Part shown: positions 24,101 through 35,615 of the stretch, one piece after another
Layout of the letters: each line of letters begins with the position of its first letter
Position numbering within the stretch: the first letter of the stretch is position 1
Assembly (NCBI RefSeq): GCF_018350175.1
Contig: NC_058368.1
Coordinates: forward strand, 204,664,001-204,728,000
Direction: 5' to 3'
DNA: 64,000 nucleotides
DNA from: Felis catus
Lineage: Eukaryota
Position numbers and translations under genes: made by a program
The notes under the pieces: model-generated
Databases searched by the model: none
Seen by the model: only the letters and a program-made list of their open reading frames with translations
Told to the model about the DNA's origin: nothing

Positions 24101-25430
24101 GAGAAGGAGGCAATTTTTAAATAATGAAGATTCTGAAGTATATTCTCATAGCAGATCATTTCTCCATACAGAATATACTTATATACATGTAGCATTTTCC
24201 CAAGGATGTACTAGAAGCTAACATGTCAAATTACTGCATGTTGAAAGAAGTTTTTCTACATTTTTCAAACTACTTTTAATTTGAGCAATACTTTTTTCTT
24301 TAGGAGTAACTAGTCATTGATTAGTTTACTTTCTCAGATAATTCTTTTACAAAATAGCACTCAACTATGTGCTATTGTCCTTTTTAAAACATTCTTGTCA
24401 GTGATCAATTCTGATTAAATCACTCTGCTTACTACAATTTTGTAGAGTAAAGTTGTACTATGCATAATGATGTCTTCCTGGAAACCTACCCTGATAGAGT
24501 CTAAGGGCCGAAATAAATTCAAATTATTCAAGTTCAGTTCAAACAGGGAAAAAAAAAGCAATACGAAATTGCAAGAAATCATTTAGAGATAATTGGAAAA
24601 AATGAGTTTGAATTCTACTGATTTTGAAGGTGCTCTGTGTTTGCAGTTGATTTCATGTGTCTCCCTCTTTTCTTCATATGACACCCTGCCAACGTGTTTG
24701 AATTTCTAAATTAAATTCCTGAATTCTCCTCTAATGGACAAAAATCTCTGAATCTTGTTTTCTTTGCCCTGGTAGTAACTAACCATAAGTTAGATGGCAT
24801 AATGTAACTATCTTTTATACAATGTATTATAGGGGTTCTCCTAAACCAGTACATAATATATAGTAATATGATATAGGAAAAATCCCTATCATTTGATATA
24901 TTGTGATGAATTACTCTACTAAGGACCCATGTCCATACTCTAAACTCCAAACACACATTACTTCAAAGACAGGATATTATGACTATGAAAATACTGTATT
25001 CTTGACCACTGGTCAATATTTAATATCTTTTATACAAAAAATTAATTATAATTCAGTAATGAATATGTTAAACATTAACTTTCTGAGACTTCAAAGTAAC
25101 TTTAATTTCTGGTAGATGTTTTATTTGAACAAAATCCTAGGAAAAGTTCAATTAAAGTACCACTTGAATCCTAGAATAAGAGGACTGTAAGGATTATGAA
25201 CATTCACAATTTTTTAAATGCAGCTGGGTGTTGTATTTAGTCACAGAGAAGGGAAAAGTTGTTCTGAACCATTAGCATTGAGATGGGAAAATGAAAGCCC
25301 AGACCAGGTGTGGGATGGGGATCAAACCCTAAAAAAAAGTGAGCAGACAGCTAGAGTCAAGAAAAATGAAAATCTATTGGACATAAGGGAATCAGAAGTC
25401 TGCAGGACTAAGCCAAAAGAAAAGGCATTG

Positions 25431-25612
25431 GAGAGGCACCTGGGTGGCTCAGTCAGTTAGGTGTCCGACTTGATTTCCGCTCAGGTCATGATCTCATCAT
25501 TTGTGGGATGGAGCCCTGTATTGGACCCTGCTTGGGATTCTCTCTCTCCCTCTTTCTGTCCCCACCCTGCTCGCACTCTCTCTCAAAATAAACAAACAGT
25601 AAAAACACAGAA
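25431..25612 (+). mobile_element. Older CAN-SINE
   Basis: Diverged head; TSD aaagaaaaggca. Confidence 0.88.
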
Positions 25613-26596
25613 AAGAAAAGGCACTGGAGAAGGTGTAGTTCTCTATATTACTCTTTTGCTCTCCAGAAGAGCTGAATCCTTTCTGTACTGCAGATGCTGC
25701 TTGACAATGTAAGCGTAAAGTCTTTTAATACAATTTCTATATTTGTTTCATCAACCCTTGAGGAGATATTTTAAGGTAAAACAATGGGGAAAAGGGAAGA
25801 ATAGTAATTCTTAAAGATAAATACCAGAACATTATAAAGACAATAAGGAATAACATGCCAAAGCAAATAAATGGTGTGTAAGATCATTATCATACGTCAC
25901 CTACATATAATAAGTACTTTATGATAACAATAGAAGACTAAGGTAAAAACATTCTTGTTTGATGAGAGTTTTATGTTGGAAGGGACTCTGAACTAGGGAC
26001 TTTCATCTAGTCTCCTATATGAAAGGAAAATCCCAGTAACACTGCACTGTAGCTAACTCAGGACAAACACTTGGTTGCTTCATCTGTTTTGTCAATGAAT
26101 AGGCCTATTGGGTTAGCATGACTAGTAAAAATAAAATAAGCTGAATATGCTGGCTTCATTTACACAAACATAGCTTTAGTCTCTGATAAAACACTAAATA
26201 ATGAACTATCACTGCTGTTTGAATAGTATATTCATCATGTAACTACTACGAAATACCTACCCTTCAAAACTGAACACAGGATCATTAAAAACCAAGAGTA
26301 CTTCTGAGAACAAATATATTTCTAAACTTTTGAAAATAATAAAGAGAATTATTATAACTGATTATAAAACATCCTCTGATGTTCCTGTCAGAATATGACT
26401 GAATTATTCTGTTCAGCATGGTATTTCTTATTTCATAACAATTTAGGAACGTATTATTTTGTAATGAGAAGTCTTGGCATTAGCTGATGAGTTTAACAAG
26501 ACCAGATTAAAAGAAACTTACTGTCAGTGATATAAAAACTCTATTTTTAAAGGCACTCAAATATATCATATTTTCAAAGATTTTTTTCTAACTTAC

Positions 26597-26665
26597 CTTT
26601 CAAATTATGTTGATGTTCAATGGTCTGCTGTAGCCCTTTTATCATATTATGAAGAGCAGAACATT
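26597..26665 (-). CDS. CCDC152: CCDC152 exon 4
   Basis: 69 nt, (E)CSALHNMIKGLQQTIEHQHNLK; ttttag / gtaagt; phase 1/1. Confidence 0.95.
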
Positions 26666-26764
26666 CTAAAATATGAAAGACACATTTATTTGAAAATTAT
26701 TCTCTTTCATTTTGGAACTATTCTCTCAAAGTTGAAAGACTTAAAATAATTGACAATATCAGAT

Positions 26765-26990
26765 TTCTAAAAATGTTTATTTTTGAGAGGAGAGAGAGAG
26801 AGAGCGAGCGAGAGAGAGAGCACATGAGCAGGGGAGGGGCAAAGAGAGAGAGGGAGACACAGATTCTGAAGCAGGCTCTAGGCTCTGAGTTGTCAGTACA
26901 GAGCCTGACGCTGGGCTCAAACTCACCAACCGTAAGATCATGACCTGAGCCGAAGTCGGACAGCCAACTGACCGAGCCACCCAGGCGCCC
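26765..26990 (-). mobile_element. CAN-SINE about 100 nt upstream of CCDC152 exon 4
   Basis: Consensus head and body, (GA)n tract. Confidence 0.93.
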
Positions 26991-27784
26991 TGACAATTAT
27001 GAGATCTTTATGGAGCAGCCAGGTATCTCAAAGTAAATAATATAATAAGTAGTTTTTAATTACCCTTTAAACCAAATGCATTCTGGGATTTAGTAATGAG
27101 TTTTCCATAGCACAATAAATTTAGTATAGTAGGGATTCCCTACCCCATGTGCTTTAGCAATATCTACCCTAAAGTTAAGGCATACTTGGACATGCCTGGG
27201 GAACTATGTGCGGTGTATCCATGTGAGTTTTCCATGAAAGAACATCTCAAGGAAAGAGAGTCAAGGTACCCTAAATTTTGTTAAGATCGAGAGCCAGAGT
27301 TGGTGAGGTGTCATTTGGGAGAAGATAATGTTTTTCTTCCTCACTGTCCTCCAACCTGTCCTCTTAGTACTCATGCCTAAGTCCCAGGCAAAGAGGTAAA
27401 AACTCAATGTGCTGAGTTACAAGGAATTAGCAACTTTGGTACTAATGGCTTCTGCCACAATGGGAAATGGAGCCTTCATTGCAAGCATTCATACCCTGAC
27501 ATGTGAATATAAGCTGGTTATAACTAGAAAAAGCTAAACCTTTGATGGGTAGCAACAGAGATGGACACTTCTGTAATTTCAAGCAGTCCACTTGGCTGTA
27601 AGCTGTAGGAGATCAGGGACTATTTTGTTTTGTTCACCACTTCTCTAGAGCAGTTGTGATCCATAGCAGGCACTCCATAAATATTTGCTGATTGACTGAT
27701 TGATTGATTGATAGACAGGCAATGTAATAGTAAACTGAAGCAAGAAAGGGGTAAGTGGAAAAACTGTCTGAAAATAATATATAT

Positions 27785-28985
27785 TATATTGCTATTCTAA
27801 ATGCTTTGCAAATATTGAATAATTTAGCCCTCTTAACCCTATGAGGTAGGTCCTAGTATTTGTCTCATTTAAATATGAGGAAGCTGACACATAGAAGTTT
27901 AGTGAATTGCCCAAGGTCACACTTCTACTTAGTAAGTGGTAGAGCTACAGCTTGAACCCCAGCAGTCCAACAACACGTCTGTGATTTAGCTACTTTACTA
28001 CCACAAAGACCAGTCCAGGAGTGGTCCTTTAGAGTAATATGAGTAGGTTGGACGCCCTGGGAAGAGGACAAGAACAGAATCAGAGACTCTTTCTGATTGT
28101 TATTGCTATCACATTTTTACTATAAGGTTAGGGAGAACAGGTTGCACTAGTTTAAGTTTACAATTATACTAGCTAAATATACAGTGATGAAGGCTTCATA
28201 AAAGAATAACAATATTTTTCAAATATTAAAACTCCTAAAGTTTAAGGAAAATTTCATCTTTTTTTTTTCAATAGGACAATTTCACCTTTATGTAGCTGAC
28301 TTAACAACTAATAAATATTGAGCCTTATTCTCTTTCATTAGGTTTTAGAGGCCCAAGACCAATATTCAGCCAGTATGCACTGGTATGACATACTAACTTC
28401 CATTCTAGTTGGGCATCTGTTTTGATGGTTAAATATTAAATACCATATTTGCATCTAATAAAAAGTTACTTGTGTATAATAATACCATTGATTGTTTACT
28501 CTGCCAGGTATTACACTAAGTGCTTTATAAACATTACCCCAATTAGTTTTCAAAATGATACTGAGAAGTTGGTATTATCCTGATTTTACAAAGAGAGATG
28601 GTCATCCATAGAGGTTTGGTTACTTGCCCAGGATTTTAGAGTTAATAAGTGGAAGGTATGGACTTGAGCATATGTTTTTCTCATTTCAAATCCTGCTCTT
28701 AATCTGCTATTCAATACCTCCTGGGGAATTATAGGATATAGTGATTAAACCATGAAATTTGGAGTCCAAGGAAATAGAATAGAGTTTCCTCTCCACTCTC
28801 TAGCTATGACACCCTGGACAAGCTTTTTGAGCTTTAGATTCTCCATCTGCAAAATAAAAGTATGGGTAATACCTATCCTCCTTCACATATAAGACTATTC
28901 TCATACATAAGACTAATCTGACAACCAAATGAGAAAATAGTACTCTCTAAATTTACTCACAAATGTTCAATATTGTTATTGTTGT
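27785..28985. mobile_element. Cluster of MIR relics (both orientations)
   Basis: MIR core motifs: tgaggaagctga..gttt agtgaattgcccaaggtcacac; tacttgcccagga; agattctccatctgcaaaat. Confidence 0.65.
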
Positions 28986-29513
28986 TATTTCTCTCCTCTC
29001 TCAACAATTTGTATATATCTCTTTTCTCCTTTTATTACATTTCATTTATTTGTGGTTCCTCCTACTAGATGGTGAACTCTTTCAGGTAAAGATCATATCT
29101 TATCAATTTTGATATTTCTTGCTTCTAATATGGTGGCTATTTCATAGGTATTCAATAGTATTTCTATTTATTGACTAAAGGAAAGAACCCACACTGTGAA
29201 AGGAAAATGCAAAATTTTGCCTTTCAGTTAGAGGTCCTACACTCAGTCTCCAGTACTTTCTTCAACTATGCTAATAGAAATGAAAGTACTTTGCAGAAGT
29301 TAAAAGCTTTATGCAGATATAAAGTTCTTCTGTTGTGGTTTTTCACTCTTCCTTGTACCCCCTCTACCACCCCCCACCACCTACTCAAAGTTCCCACCAT
29401 CCTCCATTTTTTCTCTTTTACTATTTCCTAGTAATAGATTGATAGTTAAATCACACTTGACATTGCCTACTTCATATATGTTACTGTGTTAGCTGCTATA
29501 ATTAAAAAATTAA

Positions 29514-29605
29514 GGGGGCACGTAGCTGGCTTAGTCGGTGGAGTGTGCAACTCTTGATCTTAAGGTTGTAAGTTTGAGCCCCACATTGGGTGTAGAGCTT
29601 ACTTA
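29514..29605 (+). mobile_element. Short old CAN-SINE
   Basis: tRNA-like head followed directly by acttaaaaataaaatcttaaaa; TSD-like aaaaaattaagg. Confidence 0.8.
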
Positions 29606-29704
29606 AAAATAAAATCTTAAAAAAATTAAGGAGGCATAGACTCTGCCATCACTTCTCTTTGTGCCTTTTAGAGGAATAAATAGATAGCTGAAGCTATTTC
29701 AGTA

Positions 29705-30396
29705 CAGTTGACTCTTGAACAACATAGGTGTTTAGAGGTGCTGATTCCTGTGCAGTTGAAAATCTGAGTGTGGATGTGCTTGGATGGCTCAGTCGGTTAA
29801 ATGTCCAACTTCGGCTCGGGTCATAATCTCGCGGTTTGTGAGTTCGAGCCCCGCGTGGGGCTCTGTGCTGACAGCTCAGAGCCTGGAGACTGCTTCAGAT
29901 TCTATGTCTCCCTCTCTCTCTGCCCCTCCCCTGTTCACATTCTGTCTCTCTCTGTTGCTCAAAAATGAATAAACATTAAAAAAATTGAAAAAAAAATCTG
30001 AGTGTGACCTTTGACTTCAAAAAGTGAATTACTGGGGCATCTGGCTGACTCAGTTGGTAGAGCATGTGACTCTTGATCTTGGGATTGTGAGTTCGAGCCT
30101 CACATTGAATGTAGAGTTTACTTTAAACAAAAAAAAAAGTTCCAAAACTTAACTACTAATAGCCTACTATTGGCCAGAACCTTACTGATAACATGAAGTC
30201 ATTAACACATATTTTGTGTTATATGTATTATAGCCTATATTCCTATAATAAAGTAAGCTAGAGAAAAGAAAATGTTATTAGGAGAATCACAAGGAAGAGC
30301 AAACACATTTATAGTATTGTACTGTCTTTATCAAAAAAACATGCACATGTAAGTGAATTCATGCAGTTCAAACTCGTGTTGTTCAAGGGTCAACTG
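29705..30396. mobile_element. Tigger2-type MITE containing two CAN-SINEs (about 29772-29995 and 30034-30138)
   Basis: 20-bp TIRs CAGTTGACTCTTGAACAACA / TGTTGTTCAAGGGTCAACTG (19/20 match), TA duplication on both sides. Confidence 0.9.
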
Positions 30397-30695
30397 TAAA
30401 CAGCAAATTGAAAACAGAGCCCTGAAACTGAAAGTATACTGAATTTTTTAAAAAAATGTGTATTTTCAAAATATGAACACAAGGTGGCTCTCTCAACACT
30501 TTTTTTTCCCAAAGGAAAATGGCTCAATAAAAAATTGTTCATAAGGTAGAATACCATTCCTTATTTTAGAATAATGGCTTTTAATTTTCTTTGCAAACCT
30601 TTATCCACATTATCATTTCTGTTGGATTTTAGAATGAATACTATCCCATCCAATGCTTCTTAAAAGCTAGAGCTCAGAATATTAAGCTACTTCTT

Positions 30696-31157
30696 TAAAA
30701 AAAAATTTTTTTTAACATTTATTTATTTTATTTTTTTTAAAAAAAAAATTTTTTTTTTCAACGTTTATTTATTTTTGGGACAGAGAGAGACAGAGCATGA
30801 ACGGGGGAGGGGCAGAGAGAGAGGGAGACACAGAATCGGAAACAGGCTCCAGGCTCGGAGCCATCATCAGCCCAGAGCCCGACGCGGGGCTCGAACTCCC
30901 GGACCGCGAGATCGTGACCTGGCTGAAGTCGGACGCTTAACCGACTGCGCCACCCAGGCGCCCCAACATTTATTTATTTTAGAGAGACAGAGCATGAGCA
31001 GGGGAGGGGCAGAGAGAGGGAGACACAGAATTCGAAGCAGGCTCCAGGCTCCAAGCTGTCAGCACAGAGCCTGACGTGGGGCTCGAACTCACAAACCATG
31101 AGATCATGACCTGAGCCAAAGTTGACGGCTCAACCGACTGAGCCACCCAGGTGCCCC
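30696..31157 (-). mobile_element. Nested CAN-SINE pair
   Basis: Outer TSD TAAGCTACTTCTT; inner SINE 30731-30964 with 17-bp TSD AACATTTATTTATTTTA. Confidence 0.95.
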
Positions 31158-32009
31158 TAAGCTACTTCTTAATACTGTATAATTTAGTAAATAAATGGTG
31201 GTTTTGAGCTCAATTTAGGCTCTGCCATTAACTAGCAATTTGAACATTAATATCTATTTCACAAAGCACTTGGAAATGTTGAATACAATTATGTATGAAA
31301 AGTACTTGGCCATTAATACTAACATTATTATCATCTTCAACTGGCACAGAAATTCTTTATCTGGTATCCAATGTAGAAAATATAATGCCATGACCTCATT
31401 CTTTATTGTTGAACAAATCGAATCATATATGTAGTTTGTTATTCCTCTCTAGGTCAGTTGGTACACACTTGACTCTACAAACTTATTCCTACTAGTTCTT
31501 TTACTTCTGCTGCGTATTATCCAGTAAAAAGGCCATTAGATTTAGAATAAGTAGAGCTGGATTTTAAAAAAGTATTTAATTATTTTTTCAAATGATAAAT
31601 ACACACGAAATACTAGCATAGTAAAAAATGATTATCTCTCCAGTTTCAGCCTCTAGACTAACCAGTTTCCCTTCCCCCAAAGCAAGCACTGTTACCAGGA
31701 TACTGAGGCTGTTTATCTTTCCAGAGATATACAAATGTATCAGGGAGAGGGTTTTCTGTGTGTACAAAGATATTTTTATAAAAATGATAGAAGATGGTTG
31801 TGAACACTGTTGTTTTCATTTATGGTATCTTGGAGATTATTCTGTATCATATAGAACTACTTTTTCTTTTATCAGCTGCCATAATTTAACCAGAATCCTA
31901 CTGATGGATGTCACACTCGGAAAGGCCTTCTCCGTACTAAAAAACAAACACACAAAAAAACCCACAAAAACTCATATTCTATTCTATTTTTTGGGGTGGT
32001 TTCATTTTT

Positions 32010-32500
32010 TTCACCTTTAATTAACTTTATTTGTTGGCATAGTTTTAGATGTACAGAAAAATCAGGAAGGTATTAGAGTTGCCAAATATCCTACACCCAG
32101 TTTCCCCTGTTATTAATACCTAACATTAGTATGGGATGTTTGTTACAATTAATGAACCAATGTTGATACATTATTATTAACTAAAATCTATACTTTATTC
32201 AGATTTTCTTAGTTTTTACCTTATGTTCTTTTTCTGTTCTAGGATCCCATCCACAATACCATATTGCATTTACTCATCATGTCTTCTTAGTGTCCTCTTG
32301 GCTGTGCTAGTTTCTCAGAGTTTTCTTGTGTTTGATGACCTTGACAGTTTTGCAGAGTGCTGGTCAGGTATTTTGTAGAAAAGCCCTTTTTGGGGATTTG
32401 TCTGATGCTTATCTCATGGTTAGATGGGGTTATGGGTCTTTAGGAGGAAGATCATAGAGGTGAAGTGCCATTTTCATCACACCATGTCAAGGGCACATAC
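32010..32500 (-). mobile_element. Old L1 3' end (L1MC/L1MD-like)
   Basis: agttttagatgtacagaaaaa...ttacaattaatgaaccaatgttgatacattattattaactaaa is typical L1M 3'UTR. Confidence 0.75.
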
Positions 32501-32507
32501 ATACGGC

Positions 32508-33160
32508 TTTCTCTCCTTTCCCTCCTGACACAGGGCACTTTATTAGTGAGGAGTGTTGGTCTGGGAAAAGGGTGTTGGGATGAACAGGATCAGCAACTAT
32601 CCTGGGGAACATTCCTAAACATCAAGCATTCCTCCACGAAAATTTAGAGAAAACTCCATCATGGATGAAACCTCCCCAGAGGACAGCACTGTGACCACCC
32701 GGCCCCACCAGCAGTGGTACAAAGGGCACCTAAGGCACAGATGGGCTCCAGTACAGCAGGGCTTCAATGTCAGGCACAGACTGTTGGGGCATACCAGGAA
32801 CTTCTCATAGTTCCATGTGAACAGGAGGGAATTCTGGCTCTCTTGAGTTCTCCAGATACCCTGAACTGGTCGCACAGAGAAGCCAAGCACTACTGGGCCT
32901 TGAGGGCTGCAGGTGCAGCTGAAGCTCACTTACCTGGGTGTAATCCCAGACCATTGTGCCTCAAAGCAAGTTGGCATTCTCAAAGAGCAGCGCCTTGCCC
33001 TGCAAAGAGCCTGGGTTTTCAGGTTCCCTGCAGGCTAGTGGGCGTGCAAAGGATGGACCAAGACCAGGGACACAGCCGGGAGGACAACTGGTTGCTGGGA
33101 GCTGAGAGGCACACATGGACTGGTTGTCCCAGAAGTAAGGGGAGAGCTTTGGACTAGAAC
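32508..33160 (-). pseudogene. GPX1: Processed (intronless) GPX1 retrocopy in CCDC152 intron 3
   Basis: From ATG 33116: MCASQL...FARPLACREPENPGSLQGKALLFENANLL-TGA-GTMVWDYTQVSELQ, matching GPX1 MCAA...FSARPLAGGEP.SLGSLRGKVLLIENVASL-U-GTTVRDYTQMNELQ. Also PQGPVVLGF, TWNYEKFLVCPNS (WNFEKFLVGPDG) and PDIEALL in shifting frames. No intron at the GHQ/EN junction; GPX1-like 3'UTR with SECIS, AATAAA (32544-32539) and a purine-rich tail remnant; frameshifts and two internal deletions. Confidence 0.93.
32602..32679 (-). promoter_or_regulatory. SECIS-like element of the GPX1 retrocopy
   Basis: Minus strand: CTGGGGA..ATGAT GGAGTTTTCTCT AAA TTTTCGT GGAGGAATGCT TGAT..TCCCCAG. Core ATGA 32662-32659, AAA 32645-32643, TGAT 32624-32621, 7-bp perfect lower stem. 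Function untested. Confidence 0.75.
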
Positions 33161-33520
33161 AGCCCATTTTTGGCACTAAAATTTTTGACCCATCTGAAAT
33201 TTCTTTTGGTGTAATTGTGAGACAGGAATTCAACTGTTATTTTTTCCCATGGTTTTGAAGGCTTGGACTTGCCATTTCTTGGTTTAGTGGTCTCCAACAG
33301 ATTATTTAATTTCTCTCATCCTATGTTTCTTCATTATTGAGGTGGCTTAGTAATACCAATCCTATGTATCAGGGCTATAAAAGATAAAATGAAATGATAG
33401 CTCGGAAAGTTCTATGTGAATTTAAAATATTTTACAAATGTATGGTATAATATTAATTGTTGTGGTACCAAAAAATACTCTTATGAGATTTTGTATTTCT
33501 TCAGGCAGTAAAGAACTAAC

Positions 33521-33626
33521 CTTTTTTAATTGAAACCTCCTTTGTTTGCGTTACTTTTAACAAATAGTTAGTTTTTTCCAACTGCATATCCAGTATATTA
33601 TTCTTTCCACTGGTTTCTATCATTTT
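33521..33626 (-). CDS. CCDC152: CCDC152 exon 3
   Basis: 106 nt, KMIETSGKNNILDMQLEKTNYLLKVTQTKEVSIKK; ctacag / gttagt; phase 0/1. Confidence 0.95.
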
Positions 33627-34642
33627 CTGTAGAAGAAACAATATATATTACCAAAGCAAGGAATGTCGCTATTTTTATTTTATTTTTTTTTTACCTAATG
33701 ATATGAAGACTAACGAAAATACAGACCACTTAATACCTGAAAGTCTAATAATTAAGTCTGGCATATGTTTTATGTAAGCCAACTTCCTCATTTATGTAAT
33801 TTTAAAAGTAACATGGCAAAAAATTAAAACAGACTAACTGCTATAAAAAGTTATGAAAAGTAAGAATATGAGCTAACTTGGAATCCCCTTCTTTCCAACT
33901 ATTCAACCCTCAGTCCTATGGTTAACGATTCCTTATACATATTTCCAAAATATTTTATGATTAACTATACAACTATAGGAAAGGATCATATTATACTCTG
34001 TTCTGCACCTTGGATGTTCTACTTAGAACTACTATCTTGGAGATGATGTCCATACAAGCACATTTAGGTCTACTTCGTTCTTTTTAAGACCTGCATTGAG
34101 TTTCACTTATGAATATACTGTAATTTATTTAACTAGTCCCCTTACTGAGGATAATTTGTGTTGTTTTCACTTTTTTTTTTGCTATTACAAATAATGAATA
34201 AACCTTCAACATACCTTTTTGGTATCTTTGTGTACAGTGTAATAGCTGACATATACCCTTCAGACAGCTTCAAAAATCCTCAATTCATTGTATCATCTAT
34301 ATCTCTACCCACTTCCCCATTCTCTCTGCCTCTGAATTTATCTTAAAGCAACTCCCTGACATTATATTATTTCATCCACAAATATCACCGTCTATATGTA
34401 TCTCTAACAGGTAAGATTCTTAAAAATACAATCACAATACTTTATCACATCAAAAAAATCAATATTTCTTATTTAAAATATTTAAGGACATGACAGATAT
34501 TTCTAAATAATCTCCAAAAATTTTGCACCAATTCCTCTCCCACGAACAGTGCTTCTTATTTCTTCCTCTATTCTCTCTTATTTTAGTAAGAATCACTTGG
34601 TTAAGAAAACTCAAATTCATTGTTTAAAAAAGTTCATAATGT

Positions 34643-34769
34643 GGGGCACCTGGGTGGCCCAGTCAGTTAAATGTCTGACTCTTGACCCCAGCTCAGGTCT
34701 TGATCTCTGGATCATGAGTTCAAGTCCTGCATTGGGGTCTGCAGGGGTGTGAAGCCTACTTAAAAAAAA
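34643..34769 (+). mobile_element. Short CAN-SINE
   Basis: GGGGCACCTGGGTGG head; TSD-like aaaaaag(t/c)tcataatg. Confidence 0.88.
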
Positions 34770-35528
34770 GCTCATAATGCTATCTCAAAATACCCATTGT
34801 GACATACCAGACTGTGCAGAGGAAAAGAAGGAATAGAGAAGAATGATAGAGAAAATAGAGATAGGTATTATTCTCTTTCCCACCCTTGCTTCAAAAACCC
34901 ACTCCCCAAATCTTTCATTTATTCACCTTTATCTTCTCAACAACTATTCTTATTCCTCTCGAAGGCAGACAAGGGGGAAAAAACCTAATATATACTTGTG
35001 GGTTTGGTCTATCATGTAATTTGTCTATATTTGGGGAGAGGAACTTCAAGTACATCTGTTTTTAGGCAACAGAGAAGGAAAAAGGAACAGCAGAGGAAAG
35101 AGTAAAAAAAAAAAAAAAATTAGAGTTAGTCATAATGGTAAGAGACTGAGGATTGAGTTTATTTTATTTCAATTCTTATTAAACCATTCCTGAGTTTATG
35201 GACATTTTGAACATTTAAGTATGTATTTTCCTTTTAACTTTAGCCAAAGTATATCAACTATTTCCTTGTCCCAGAAACATTTTGATGTATTAGTACAAAT
35301 GATCCAAAATGAAATATATTTTAAATATGGATTTTAAAAATGAGAAAGGACTTAGCAAAAATATATTTCCATTGTCTTTACTTTGCTTATTTTTTGGTAC
35401 ATTTTTCTTTACTTCTCAAATTCTCCCACTGGCAAAATCTATTTCCCTTTTATACTATAAATTTTATACTATATACTTTTATACTATATATAGTTTTTCT
35501 ACTACAACTGTTTTATATCTTTACATAC

Positions 35529-35615
35529 CTTTTCTATCTGTGAGAAATCACTTATAAGCTTGTCAAGATTCACACCGCTAATCTTTTTCATACATCCTTC
35601 GCTGCTTTGACTCAT
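35529..35615 (-). CDS. CCDC152: CCDC152 exon 2, first coding exon
   Basis: ATG at 35615, two nt after the AG acceptor (35619-35618); MSQSSEGCMKKISGVNLDKLISDFSQIEK; gtatgt donor. All 8 exons join in frame to 792 nt (263 aa plus stop). Confidence 0.95.

Noticed and set aside
24467..24495. ATGA-N11-AAA...TGAT pattern resembling a SECIS or C/D-box snoRNA
   Set aside because: 3' arm is only 7 nt with no pairing; too short for either RNA.
32714..33157. 147-aa plus-strand ORF, the longest in the track
   Set aside because: Antisense shadow of the GC-rich GPX1 retrocopy; no recognisable protein.
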